DNA from: Rotaria socialis
Taxonomy: Eukaryota
Assembly (NCBI GenBank): GCA_905331295.1
Contig: CAJNYD010000322.1
Span: 248,001 to 312,000, forward strand
Length of the DNA: 64,000 bases
Reading direction: 5' to 3'
Made by a program: the position numbers and the translations under genes. This document shows positions 15,113-28,285 of the stretch, piece after piece; positions within the stretch are counted from its first letter, which is position 1, and each line of letters begins with the position of its first letter. Below the pieces are notes generated by a model. The model was not told the DNA's origin. It made no database searches and worked only from the letters and a program-made list of their open reading frames with translations.

Positions 15113-17299
15113 ATGTCTTTTTCAATTAAGTAAAAATATGAAACATCTAAATACGCTTGAATGAAAATAAAAGAAGAGAAAGACATCTATATGTTAACAC
15201 TGGTAATACTATCGGAAAATTTTTGTTAATTAGATATAGAATTATCTAAACTATGTGTAATTAATGTTGATTTCGTCTACAAAATATAGCATATAAATAT
15301 CAGATGAAATTTGTTACATTTTATCAATAGTCTAAACACGTGTTAGACATTTTTGTTGAATTGACGATTATCTGATAGAACCATTAAAAGAAATTCATCT
15401 CAGTGCTTTTCTATAATAAAGTGTAAACGACGTTGATTATGCTAGGAATTGGAAAAGGCTACAATGCATGATTAGAAAGTTGTTTATTTCAGAAGAACTA
15501 TTCAAATCCATACCATAAGTTCGTTCAATTTTAAGAGAATGCTACTTAGAGCATACTGAAAAATAGTGGTGCCGGTATCATATTATCTTCTAGAAGGTGA
15601 TAGAAACTTAATTTTTCTAGATGTATTTATAGTGAAATATAGCGGCCACTTCAGGAACACTAGAACAAGTAGAGGTACGTTTCTCTAGTCTTTATTTCAT
15701 TAACATTCAATGTATAATCTGTCGAGTATAAACTTTTTTGAGTACTACCTAAAGTTCGATTCTATCCGCAATCATAATATTCACGATAGACGTTTCAAAT
15801 CCGCATGATATTCATTCTGAAGATACAAGACGCTTATTTCAATTGAATGTGGAACTCGCTTCATGAACCATGTCACAATATATCGATGAAGATCTTATAA
15901 TAATCTGAACGTAATTGGCTAAGATCGGCAAAATCGATGGTTCTATTGGCGAATGTTTATTTGTGCGTGAATATGATATTTCAGTATCGGTATCACTATG
16001 TTTGGTGTGCACTAGGAAATTCCAACTGAATCTATAGTAAATCAAAGCACACCAAATCACGTGATAGAAAGAGTAAAAACAAAGAGACAGCTGAAAAGCC
16101 ATGTTAAGAAATATGAGTCGGTGATCAATGCCAGGCTAGGACTATGTTAATACCAGAGCAAGTTGAAAAACAGTGTCCTATGACAGTCTTTAAAATGAAC
16201 CAATAGTAGTGTTGTTATGTAATTATTAAATACTAAGAAGTAACAACAAATCCATTATTTCTTTCTAGTCAAAATATGTGGCATGTTTTCTCAGAGACAA
16301 ACTGAATTCAGACCGCTTTCGTTGAAAGCCAGGATATCTCATTTCAATATGATAAAATTCTGATTGAGTTCAGTTGTCGGTCATATGTATATTTCTTTTG
16401 CTGAATGGTACTTTTCCATTTCGATTTCCCAGATCAGTGAACATACGAATTCAAAGATTTTAAAATAGAATTTGGATGTGCACCTTGCTTTGATTGATAA
16501 TTTACAGAAACTTCTAAGAAAAATGTGAATAATCGATATTGTTTTTGTGTCAAAACATCCGATTTCTTTTAACAACTTTTTTTTCAACTGTTCGTGTGTT
16601 CTAGACACTCGAAACGAGGATTTCGAAATTGGATATGTTAAGATACATATAACTTCACATACGTGATTTCAAAATTCTCTTATGAATGATCTAGCACAAA
16701 CAAAACAGTGACAAAGAATTTATCGAAAAAGATCCGATTTCACAGAAAAAAAAATATTGTCTTCGCAAACTTTTAGCAGCTTTCTGTAAATGATGGATTT
16801 CAGTTATTTTCTGCATGCATAGTATACAAGAAGGAAATAAAAAAATGATCTCCACCATCATCAATTCAATATGAGTTCATCTATTTACAGAACCCATCAA
16901 ATGCGATACACTAAAACACTGTATCATATGCAACTAATATAGGAGCACAAGGTATAGCCACCATCATTTAGATCCAGAATAAGCATTTAATTTACCATCC
17001 TAGAAATATCAGTTCGAAAAATGTTGTAAACGATTGAGAAAAATTGTGAAAACAATTAGGCATTGTCATCGCTACTTCCATTGAGAGTCTTGTCCTTAAT
17101 AAATCGTTTTTGTACACTGTTATGCTTTAAAAATATGCCACAGTGATTGGTTATTATTCAGTATAAATGAAAAACTCAATATAGATATTTTTTTTTTGAA
17201 ACTATCATTCAATCGTAGATAGCAACTCATGCTTTTTTTACTGTTCATATTCTATATTTCAAATAAGTTCATATAATGTTGAAGCATAATTTGTTGTAT

Positions 17300-17583
17300 T
17301 CAATTTTGCCGAATTGGTGGATATTTAACCCTTTTATTTTCATCCAGAATGACACGTACAACACCATGTCGGATATTCGCATCGGCCTCTGGTGTACCGT
17401 CATCGACTACTTCAATATTTCGTTCACCTATGTAAAATAATAAAATAGAAGTGTGCTGATGTGACTTTTTTAATATCAATCATTTTCCCTACCATCTCGT
17501 TGAATGATTTCAACTGCTACATTGCCCGGTTTACCAACGAGATTGTCCCAACGTTTTCGTAGATCAACACAACCACTACTCAT
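17300..17583 (-). CDS. 72-aa potato inhibitor I family (MEROPS I13, eglin c/CI-2-like) protein
   Basis: Exons 17583-17493 and 17427-17300 (219 nt) encode MSSGCVDLRKRWDNLVGKPGNVAVEIIQRDGERNIEVVDDGTPEADANIRHGVVRVILDENKRVKYPPIRQN*. Fits the family pattern K-x-W-x-x-L-V-G..A...I..V...G..D...VRV..D....V...P. Confidence 0.8.
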
Positions 17584-18378
17584 AACTACGTTTAAATCGA
17601 TCGAAAAAAAAATGAATAATATGAAGCCCTGAATTTCACATATAACATGCTATGCAATATCAATAAACTTTATCCATGATCCAGTTACCAAATATTTACT
17701 GGTTTTGTTGTTGTTGTATTTGGTACCTTATACAACGATGAAGTGCGAAGGAGTAGATTAAATAAGCGATAATAAATATCAGTCGTCTATAGAAAATGTA
17801 GCAACGTCATGTGTGATAAAATGGATTCTAAAGTTGAGATATTTGCATGTACGATTACCAATGGTTTCAACATATAGATACGGTGAATAGTATCTTGATG
17901 TCAATAGAAAGTAGATAGAATGTATTGATTTCCATAGAAGTGAAAAATTACTTACCTATTTTTAATAATATTTGTTGTTTATCGTTTGCTTTTCTTTCCT
18001 AGAGTGAACAGCGTTTTTTATACTCTTCAGAAAATAAAAAGACAGCTTTTCGTTGTTAAGTTTTCATTGTAATGGATGTTAACCAATTATTTTTTTGATA
18101 CTTAAAAGCATATACAGCCATTCTTATCTGTCATTATTTGTGAAATACAAATGAATAAATTAAATTTCACAAATTGAAGCATGAGTCAACTTTGATACGT
18201 TGTAGGTATTTACGTCGATATATATATATTTTCCTCAAAATGTAAAGATTATTTGGTTGAATGAAAAATCCACGAAAGTATTATTTGATACGAATAGCCC
18301 TTCAACACATACGATTTTTCAAAATCACAATTAACCCTAGAAAGGATGTGAAATCATTTTTAATCGAACGCTTGAAGC

Positions 18379-18462
18379 TAGGGATGCACCAATTCCAATT
18401 CCAACCAATTCCGACCAATTTTAGGAATTGAATGGACTCGAATTGTAATTGATGCATTCCTA
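18379..18462. mobile_element. 84-bp hAT (Ac-like) MITE
   Basis: TIR TAGGGATGCA / TGCATTCCTA; internal CCAATT repeats; perfect 8-bp TSD CTTGAAGC. Confidence 0.9.
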
Positions 18463-18953
18463 CTTGAAGCATAAAATCAACTAGATATGTTTTACTGATT
18501 TTTTTTATTAAGTTTATTGGATGTATTTAACTGTATCTTATTGACAGCAAAAATTTTCACTATTCTGAATGAAAATAGGTGCAAATAGTAATATTTATAA
18601 CATAACAATTTCGTCTAGATAAAATCGTTCTTTTTTTAAAGTTCATCTGTATTTTTATTTTATGCTATCGGTTGTAAATATATTTGCTGCCTATTCACTA
18701 TTCTCTGTATTCGTAAATTATTTCTTTTGATACAAAAATTCTGAAAGTAAATGTCGGATGTTTTAATCACATAGTAATTTCTTTATTTTTGTCAAATCTG
18801 CATTGATCACCAAGAAGAAACATATTTTAGCGAAAATAACATTCACACAGATATACCAAGTAAAAGAATGTCACAAAATCAGAAAATGAAAATATTGCAC
18901 CATAAATATATATTTAATTAAATTTTCTTCACGAGGTATTTGTATTCTGTTTA

Positions 18954-21348
18954 TTATAGTGTATCATACGCCCGTTGACGATTAGCTGAATATCGACTTT
19001 TGATTTTGTTTATAACTATTTTACATTCACGAACAAATAATGGTAAAATACAACAACATGTAATAAACATCTTAAGATGAGAAAAATATAAAGAAATTAA
19101 ATTGTCTTTATTAAAAATTAGAAATTATCTTACCATAAGAACAAAAAAGTAAAAGACAAATCGCCAATCATGCCAATGCTTTTCGATAATCGGAATCAAG
19201 ACTTGGCCAATAGCTGCACCAAAACTGCCTGTTCCATCAACAATACCAGTTACTGTTGATAACGCTTGATCACTAGCAGCTAATACTTCTTGTCGTCCAA
19301 GATCAGCCGTTATAGCAGCGCTAATCATATTAGCTGGACCACCAATAAATACACCAGTCACTGTCATTACTACTCCATTTATCGCTTTATTATTAGCTAA
19401 ATCTAAATATTATAATAAACATAAAAATAGTAACTGATATAGTCATAACAAAATAATCACTAACTGCTGAAAATAAACAAAATTGGAATAGCAATAAGTA
19501 ATGCTGGAACGACAACAATCGATCGAAGACCAACAAAATCCTATGAATAGATATTTATATTTTGAAAATGATGCTTAAAATAACTTACAGAAAGAAGACC
19601 ACCAACGATTCCACCTATTATTCCACCAACATCATATAATGTTGAAAGTAAATCAGCGTCAGATTCTTGCCAACTAAATTTGGAATGTAAATAAAACGGA
19701 AGCCAAAAAAAGAAGGAATCTATTAGATGTAAAAGTTAAATTTCTAAATATTCACTGTTTTTCGAATTAACTTACAATTAACTAATTTAAGACAGGCATA
19801 ACATAATGAATACTAAATTACAACGCAAGATATTCATTGAAAAAGAAAGATACTAATCATTATGTTTGTTCTTACCATCGCTACACCAGGTAAAAGCCAT
19901 GCTCGAAAAAATGTTATTGGCCTATTTGTTGTTGGCTCTTGTGTTGTTACAACCAATTCTGTTTCTTCGCTTGTCTCTTGATCATCTACTGTAGTTGTTG
20001 GTGTTTCTAAATGACGAAGAAAATGGTTTGTTTTATTTAAAATAGGAATCTCAACTTTTAAAGCATGAAAACAATCAGTTTTCTTCAAAATGAATGATTT
20101 TCAGTTAAATTTTTCATTATACTATGTCATAGATTGATATTTCAATATTAAGTTATTTACCTTCAACTGATATTTCAACTTCTTTAGCACCTATACATAT
20201 AAAAATGAGGTTTTCAAAAATAAAATCAGAGAAAATAAGAAAACCTTTTTCAACATACCAACGTCTTCCGGTGATGGAATAATAGCAAAAAAACATATAG
20301 CAGCACAACAAATTAGTAGAACAGCACAAACAAGAAACGGATATTCATAACCATATGAAAGAAAAGCAGCAGCTAATGCTGCTCCAAATATATTGCCAAT
20401 AGAGGCACATGCACTCCAAACACCAAAGATAAAACCTCGACTAAAAACAAATGAATCAAGAATAAGTGAAGAAAATAATGATTTCTAATTTGTTTCTGTT
20501 ACCCTTCTTTGCCAAACCAATTTCCCATAATAGCAACTACACATGGCCAGCCAGTAGATTGAGCTAAACCATTGAGAATCCAAAAACAAACATACCAAGC
20601 AACTGAATATATATGTAACCATTCACTAACTACACCAAATAGAAAAATCTAGCAATAGAAACATCGTAATCTATTTTATCTTTTATCTTTCATAAAAGTA
20701 TGATTTTACCACAACAGCAGTTATAACCATTCCAAGGCAAAGAACAATTCGAAGATCGAATCTGACCAAGTGAAAAAACGTTTTAGTAATTTATCAAGTT
20801 AAATACATTTGATCTTACCGATCACCCATAATACCGCTTACGAATAAACCCTGCAATAAATCATCACATTTATTTATTTTTTTGTATTTCTATTTTCTTA
20901 CAAATGAATAAGAAAACATGAAAACAGCATCCAATACACCTAAGAATATGGTAGCATCGCCAGGCGAACGAAAAAGACGTGTTTGATTCCAAATCTAAAT
21001 TTTACGCTATTGTTGTTTTGATAAAATGTAAAAATTGATGTTTTTTCTTACCTGATCCGGTTTTATCGGATTTAATGTTTCATTAGCTACTGCACTCCAT
21101 TCTTCAGCCATGGTTGATTTGACATTAGAGAATACTTTTCGTGCAGCGTGTAACATAGCATAACTGTATTGAAAAATACTAGTGTTTAAACTACTGCTTT
21201 TTTAAGACTTGATTATTTTTTACCTAACAAATGTCAATATGAATGTACTCAAATGATAAAGTGTGTATCGATGTTTTGATGGCCTTTGCGGAAGGCGAAC
21301 ATCAACGTTGTTAGCAGTTTCTTGTGAACTGTTGATATTTGCACTCAT
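18954..21348 (-). CDS. SLC37A3: MFS sugar-phosphate exchanger, SLC37A3 (SPX3)-like, ~14 exons
   Basis: Motifs YAMLHAARKVFSNVK, NGLAQSTGWPCVVAIMGNWFGK, GVWSACASIGNIFG, AWLLPGV, FFFWLPFYL, YDVGGIIGG, GGPANMISAAITADLG, TVTGIVDGTGSFGAAIGQ. ATG at 21348, stop at 18954. Confidence 0.92.
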
Positions 21349-21789
21349 GATAAATGAAAAACTAGAATGAAAAAAAAAACAATAGAATTTTTATTGATTA
21401 AAGGAGTTTATATACTTTTTCTAGGCAAAAAATAAACTTAGCTGAGTTGCTTGTTGCTGCTGATGATAATAGAACAATTGTATCTCATTGGTCTTTGTTG
21501 TACACCAATCAATAAAATAGCGCTATATGTGTGAGTAGAAATTTAAAATTAAAGATTAAGCCAAAAAAAAACAAATATCTGTAATAAAAATATATATCCA
21601 CATAAAAAATTAATTCTTGATGAGTTTTAATAAATATACGAATCCTTAGAAACCTACGATGTTTTGTTACCATCACTGCACAACTGCATGCGATAGAATA
21701 ATGGTGATTAATGCGTAGAGAGCCATTCTCAAAAATTATTTGACAGTATTTTTCAACTACATTGAAGTATGGATTTTGATAGTGCAAAT

Positions 21790-24700
21790 ATGGACATGAC
21801 GTCCAAAATCTATTCGTTGGTAATAAATTATTTGTACCTTTTGACTTTTGTTAGATTCATTTTATTTTTTCTTAAAGATTCGGGATAAGAAATATCAACA
21901 AGCAATCAATGTTCTTAGTTTTCAAAATCAAAGTCAACCTCGTGTATATAAATTCGCTATCTTGACATTTAAAGATCAATAGGTTGTGCTTTGTTTTGTT
22001 TAGTGTCGTCCAACATTATCATTACTTGCTTATTGCTACTATCACGCACAAGATTTTACACAAGCCGCTGATTGTTATGAGCAACTTGTACAAATTTCAC
22101 CCGAAATCGATGATTATAAATTTGCATTTGGCCAATCGCTATATAAATGTGGACTTAACGAAGAAGCTCTTAGAGTTTTAAATCAAATTGAACAGCCAAC
22201 ATTAATGGATAACGTTTGTTTTTTTTATCAATCTTCGAAATGAAAGTCTAGCTTTGTTTTGTTTTCTGTGGTCAGGTACGAAAATTACAAGCCGCTATTT
22301 GTTATGCGCTAGATGATGTCAAATCATGTCAAGTAAGAGTCAAAAACTAACGAAACTATTTGAATTTCTTTCTTGACGGACAAGGGCATGTTTCTGTTAT
22401 TTATTGAAGCATTTTTGATAGAGAGAACATGAGAATTTCAAATTAAATTCAGAATATAAAAAGTGACATTTCCATTTACTCTATAGAATTATACTCACAT
22501 AATTGAGCTTACAAAATTAAAAAAATAGAACTATGTTTTTTTGTTTTCATTAGAGTTATATTGATCAATGCAATGATAATGATCCAGATACAGTTATTAA
22601 CACAGGTTGCGTTTTATATAAAGAAGGAAAATATGATGAAGCTTTAAAACATTTCACTAAAGCACAACAACTTGGTGGCTATAATCCGAGTAATTTATGA
22701 TTTTTGTTTTGAATTTTATATATATAATAGTAATTTTATTTACGTTTCTGTTGTAGGAGTATGGTATAATATAGCTCTTTGTTATTATGAATTAAAACAA
22801 TATGCTCAAGCTGTACAACACTTGGGTGCTATTGTTGAAAAAGGAATTAAAGAATATCCTGGTATAATAAAAGAAAAGATAATTTAGCTTTTGTAATTGT
22901 TTAATTTTTCTGCTTTTCATTTTGTGTTTCTTAAGAATTAAGTATTGGTATGCAAACAGAAGGCATTGATATAACATCAGTGGGAAATACAAATACTTTA
23001 CAAGAATCAACTCTTGTTGAAGCATTTAATTTACGTGCTGCTATCGAATTTCTACTTAAAAATTGTTAGTATATTTTAGGTTTAAAAATATTTTAAACAA
23101 TCGAGCTTGGAATTTTTAGATGTGGCAGCACGAGAAGCTTTAACTGATATGCCTCCTAGAAATGTAAATGAACTTGATATGATAACATTACATAATCTTG
23201 CTATTATGAATATGGAAGAAGATCCTACAGGTGGTTTTGAAAAATTAACATTTTTAATTGGTAGTGAAGGATTTCCACGTGAAACATTTGTTAATCTATG
23301 TCTGTTATATCTTAAACATGAGGTAATTATATCGCAACATACGTACGATATACATTATTTACGATATTTGTTATATTAAAGTACTACGATTATGCTGCCG
23401 ATCTTCTTGCTGACAATACTGAACTGACATTTAAATATATGGATCCATATATATATGAATTTATTGAAGCCAAAATAGTTCAACAAACAGCACCAGAAGC
23501 TGCCTTTAGAAAATTTGAAGAATTAGCTGGAGCATTAATTGAACAATTACGTCGACTTGTTAAAGAAGTACAAGAAAATCGACGATCACAAAAGGATGAA
23601 CAAGTGAAAAAGAAAGTACAAGAATACGATGCTACTTTGGAAAAGTATTCACGTTTTTTTATTATAAAACTATATTTATAATATTGCTTATTTACTTAAA
23701 TTAAGGTACGTACCTGTATTAATGGCCCAAGCAAATATTTATTGGTTGCAAGAAAATTATACAGCTGTAGAGAAAATATTTCGTAAATCAGTCGAATTTT
23801 GTAACGATAATGAAATATGGAAACTAAATGTGAATACAAATTGGACTAGTTTTTTTAAAGATATTCAATCTTTTATTTTTCAATCTTTTATTAAGGTAGC
23901 TCATGTACTTTTTATGCAAGATAATAAATACAAAGAAGCAAGTAAATTTTGTTTCATATGTTTTGAATTTGTTATAGTATTATGATATGTTTTTTTTTTG
24001 AAAGTTGGATTCTACGAACCCATCGTCAAGAAGCATGAAGACAATGTAAGTGATAATTCTATCTGCTGGAAAATACTTTATAACAATTCATGTAGAGTTC
24101 AGAGCATCGGAGTTATTCTGTAAGAAGTAGGAGAAAAAAATTAAGTTGATCACTAGTCAATTATTTAGAAACGTATAAATCGTATGAAGTGAAGTTAGTT
24201 TTGTACATGAAAACTAAAATGCGATTTATAGGTTCATCTAATGAAGTGATTATTAGCGGAACGATCATATGCTTGCACAATATGCTACCTTTCCTCGCTA
24301 TAAAAATAATGATGTTGAGTCAAATCCATTGAAATCTCATGATATTGTTGAAATCGTACTCTAGAGGCTATGAAATAATTTTCAGCTCTATGTCTTGCCT
24401 ATTTCGAAGGTTATTCAACAAACAAGACTGCAAGATAACTTATGCAGCAAAGTCTACTTTCTTTATGAGATTTCTTCTTAAAGAAGCAGTTTTTTCTTTT
24501 CTTATGGAAAAGAGCATATTCGCTATTGTGTTGCTTGTCAAAAAATATTTTTTCTAAAATTTTCATTCTATGGAGAGAAAAAAGACTTAATTTAAAATCA
24601 AGTTTTGCAACTTCACATTACCTTTCTAATGATATGCAAGTCATGAACAATAGTAAAGTTCTTTCACGAATTCTAGAATGTATTATCAAACAAAAAAGAA

Positions 24701-25712
24701 GAATGAATAGAAGATAGTCAAGCACTAGAGTTTCCGTATTTTTATAAATTATAGTTTACTTCTTTTGCTTTTTTCTGGAAGGTCGGCCTTAAATGAAATT
24801 TTCTTCTCATTTAGCTGAGCATTTATAATGCCAGTTTTTATGGTTAAAAGAGAAAAATTTTAAACAGACAACTCGCAAAAAGTGATTAATTGCTCATATA
24901 ACTTTTTTGTTTTTTTGCGATCATATCATGTAGGATAAATGATTAGACAACAACGTTTGTATGATAAATAAAATAATGCAATGAATTTAAATTTTTAGCT
25001 TTTATCAGTTAGTCCGATTGTTTTGGCTAATTTATGTGTTAGTCATATCATGACAAGCCAAAACGAAGAGGTAAATAATTAGATAACAAATTTCTGTTAA
25101 AAAAATATATATATACTATCCATGTTTTATTAAGGCTGAAGAATTAATGCGTAAAATCGAACGTGAAGAAGATAAATTACCATTTGAAACACCTGAAAAA
25201 AAAGTTTTTCATTTATGCATCGTCAATCTTGTCATTGGGTAAAAGTTAAAACTTATACTTCATAATCAAATTTAGTTCTTTTTTTTCCAAATAGAACTCT
25301 GTATTGTGCAAAAAATAATTATGAATTTGGTATATCACGTGTCATGAAATCACTTGAACCTTATCAGAAAAAATTAGGAACAGATACATGGTTCTATACA
25401 AAAAGATGTTTTCTTTCGCTTTTTGAAAATATGGCGCGTCATTCAGTGATTATACGTGATCAAGTTCTTATGGAAATGTTACATTTTTTAAGCCATTGTG
25501 AAAGTAAGAGCTTTTTTCTTTTCGTATTTTTATTAACTTCTAATTGTTCTATTAAAAACACATTTTATTTTTAAGATTGGGGGCGTGATGTTAAAGCAAA
25601 CTTTGTTTCACCATTAACAAATAAACCAATACACGCTGGAAAAAATACAGTAGCCTACGAAGCTCGTTATTTGAAAGCATTACTGCTAGATTTATTAAAA
25701 ATAGACGGTTAA
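21790..25712 (+). CDS. TTC30: Tetratricopeptide repeat protein 30 / IFT70 (fleer, DYF-1), ~16 exons
   Basis: Motifs LLAYCYY..QDF..AADCYEQL, YNIALCYY, ELSIGMQTEG, EAFNLRAAIE, AREALTDMPPR, VEKIFRKSVEFC, IVLANLCVS, HLCIVNLVIG, SLEPYQKKLGTDTWFY, GKNTVAYEAR. Confidence 0.95.
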
Positions 25713-26759
25713 CAATAAATGTTCTTTAATATTTATGTGTTTTTTTCTTCATTTTTATGGAATGATATGTAAACAACTTGTTGTTCTACTTGAATATAAA
25801 TCGTTTTTCGAACATATGTCAAGCTAACGAAAGCTATCTTTTCAAAAAAATCATTACAATATAAAAAGTCATGAAAGATTTATTAAAATTAGATTTAATT
25901 AATGGTTTAAGTCGAATGCAACAAGTGCTTTTTAAATATAATATTATCATCATAATACTTGATAGTTTAAGTAAAAATGTGATATTCTTTCTATCTTTCA
26001 TGTTGATCAGAAAACGCTGGGTAGCACTGAAGAGTTTTTAATATTCCAATATAATGTAGAATTACTATCTTTCCTATAGTCGACTAGTGAATGATGCTGT
26101 AATGTATAGCTCTCATAATACCTTCATATGACGACACATTCTATAGGTTTTGATGTTTATGGATTGTATGATTGATACTTGATTCTAAAGTATTTTCATA
26201 ACGCACGCGTTAAAACATGGTTAAATATTAATTGTGTGTTGAATATTCTGATATGGTTTTTAATGGATCAAATTCAGGTTAGGATCTGAAATGAAAAAAG
26301 AATCTGAAATGATTATGTATATGAATTCCAAAAAATTTCTAAATTTTATTCTTTGTTATTCAATTGATTGGTTGGTAAGAGTATCTCTTCTTTTATGTAA
26401 TTCATATTCAAAAACGTTGTTGGTTGATGCTTCAACAATAATACGAAGATTCTTACATTAAAAAAATATTATTTCATAAAATTATGCAGTTTTTTCTTCT
26501 AAATCTCAAATCTACTTTGATCAAGTATAAATTCAAAAAGAAAAGTTAAATGCATAATTTTTTCCGTTTATTTCTGATATTCAAAGCATATGTAATTATG
26601 AAATATACAGTGATTTATTCACCTTTCATTTTAGCTTTCATAGCAAATCTATATGCACATTGAAGGATAATGACAAAGTATAGTAAAGTATATTACGATA
26701 AAATTTCGATCCTACATACATGTACCTATATAACGTAGTATGGAATCAGTATGAGGGAG

Positions 26760-28009
26760 TAGCTGCCTAATTCGACTTCGAATACAAATGAAATTTTCCG
26801 AAAATCCTATTGTGCATAGGCAAAAGATAAAGAAAAATTTTATAATTCGAATTGAGGCACTAATATCAGTCCACTCGCACAATCACGAAATGTCTCACTA
26901 CACCCAACGATGCGCAATGCCCCTTGCACACCCATCAGTCCCTTTGCGGCTCCCACAGTTGCGCGATATACCGATACTCGTTTCTAGTAAGAATAGCCAT
27001 TGTTATTGCAGTTAATGAGTAAGCTATCTCGAATAACTATGCTGCGATTACACGTCAGTTTTCAGCAACACATATCAGAATGTTACCGACCTGCCTACGT
27101 TCCATTTTTGGATTATTGAGGCGGCTTTAAGTATTTGTGAGATTGCTAATAATATTTCTGCGATTGTTAGTAACACTTCCGAGGATGATAGTAGCATACT
27201 GCAAGTTCCTAATAGCATTCCCATGATTGCTAGTAAGACTCCTGAGATTCCTTTTAGCGTACCTAAGCATGCAGGAATCATACATCAGCATGCTAGAAGC
27301 ATATTTGAGCATGCAGGGAGCATACCTGATAGTGCTAGAAGCATGCCTGATGATGCTAAAAACATACTAGCCGTTCTAATAAGTATTCCTATGGATCTTT
27401 GCAGCATACTTCAATGTGGTACTCACTTCCTACAGAGTTAACTAACATCGCCTGGATAACTTCTGATTCTAGGTGAAAGCTCTGCAGCCATTGGAAGGTA
27501 GGTATGTGATACCTATTTTGATCTTCCTCTTTAGGGCTATCAGCGAATGTGATGAGGATCGACTTGACTGTGTACACAGAGACCCTCTTTGGTCGCGGCT
27601 CTACGCGGGGATGCTTCGCGCCCCCACACCGCGGCGCTCAAATAAAAGTGTGTGTAACATGACAGAAGTCGCGGTGTGGGTGTTGACAACATGTAGCAGT
27701 TATCCTTTACTAAATGGTTTCATTATTCTGTTAGAAGAGTGTCGGAAGTGTTGTTGTTGATTATTGAAAGTTTTACTAATGGGCAAGTTCTGGCCTGGCT
27801 CAGTAGTCGAGCAAGCACACTTTAAAATTTGCAGTTTCTGAAATACCATACAGCGATGCCTCAATTCGAATCATAAAATTTATTTTTAGGATAAAATTTT
27901 ATGTTTTGCTTTTTGTTGTAACAACTATATGAGAGCCGGATTTTTTATTTTCGAATCGATATTGTGTAGTTGAACCTTGATTTATATTCGAATTCGAATT
28001 AAGTATCTC
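26760..28009. mobile_element. Old TIR element (~1.25 kb) containing a 21-bp degenerate minisatellite and a GC hairpin
   Basis: Imperfect terminal IR TAGCTGCCTAATTCGACTTCGAATACAAATGAA vs reverse complement GAGATACTTAATTCGAATTCGAATATAAATCAA. A second IR pair lies at ~26835-26860 / ~27855-27881 (AATTCGAATTGAGGCA). No clean TSD; superfamily uncertain. Confidence 0.6.
27130..27415 (+). repeat. Degenerate 21-bp tandem repeat
   Basis: Example units: CATGCTAGAAGCATATTTGAG, CATGCAGGGAGCATACCTGAT, AGTGCTAGAAGCATGCCTGAT, GATGCTAAAAACATACTAGCC. Confidence 0.7.
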
Positions 28010-28285
28010 GTGGTATCAGGCACCTGTAATAAATTTTATAATCAATCTAAAAAATGCATGTCCTACTGCTACATCATATATTGAAATGAATCACATTGTA
28101 TGATTTTATCTCAAATTACAGTTAGTAGTTCTGTAGATCAAATAAACAATTTCGTCAGCGCCCTCTATTCATCTACATAGTAATATATTTCGTGAAGTAC
28201 ATGCAATGTCACTATTTACTTCCTTACACCAGAGCAATTCTTCACTCATTTTATTTTCATAAAATATTTATTTCCAAGTAAAAAT

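Noticed and set aside
15300..16800. Possible decayed transposase fragments (e.g. RTMLIPEQVEKQ)
   Set aside because: Too short and degenerate; no TIR or TSD found.
27340..27570. CTGATGA / GTGATGAG as possible hammerhead ribozyme cores
   Set aside because: No downstream GAAA with supporting stems.
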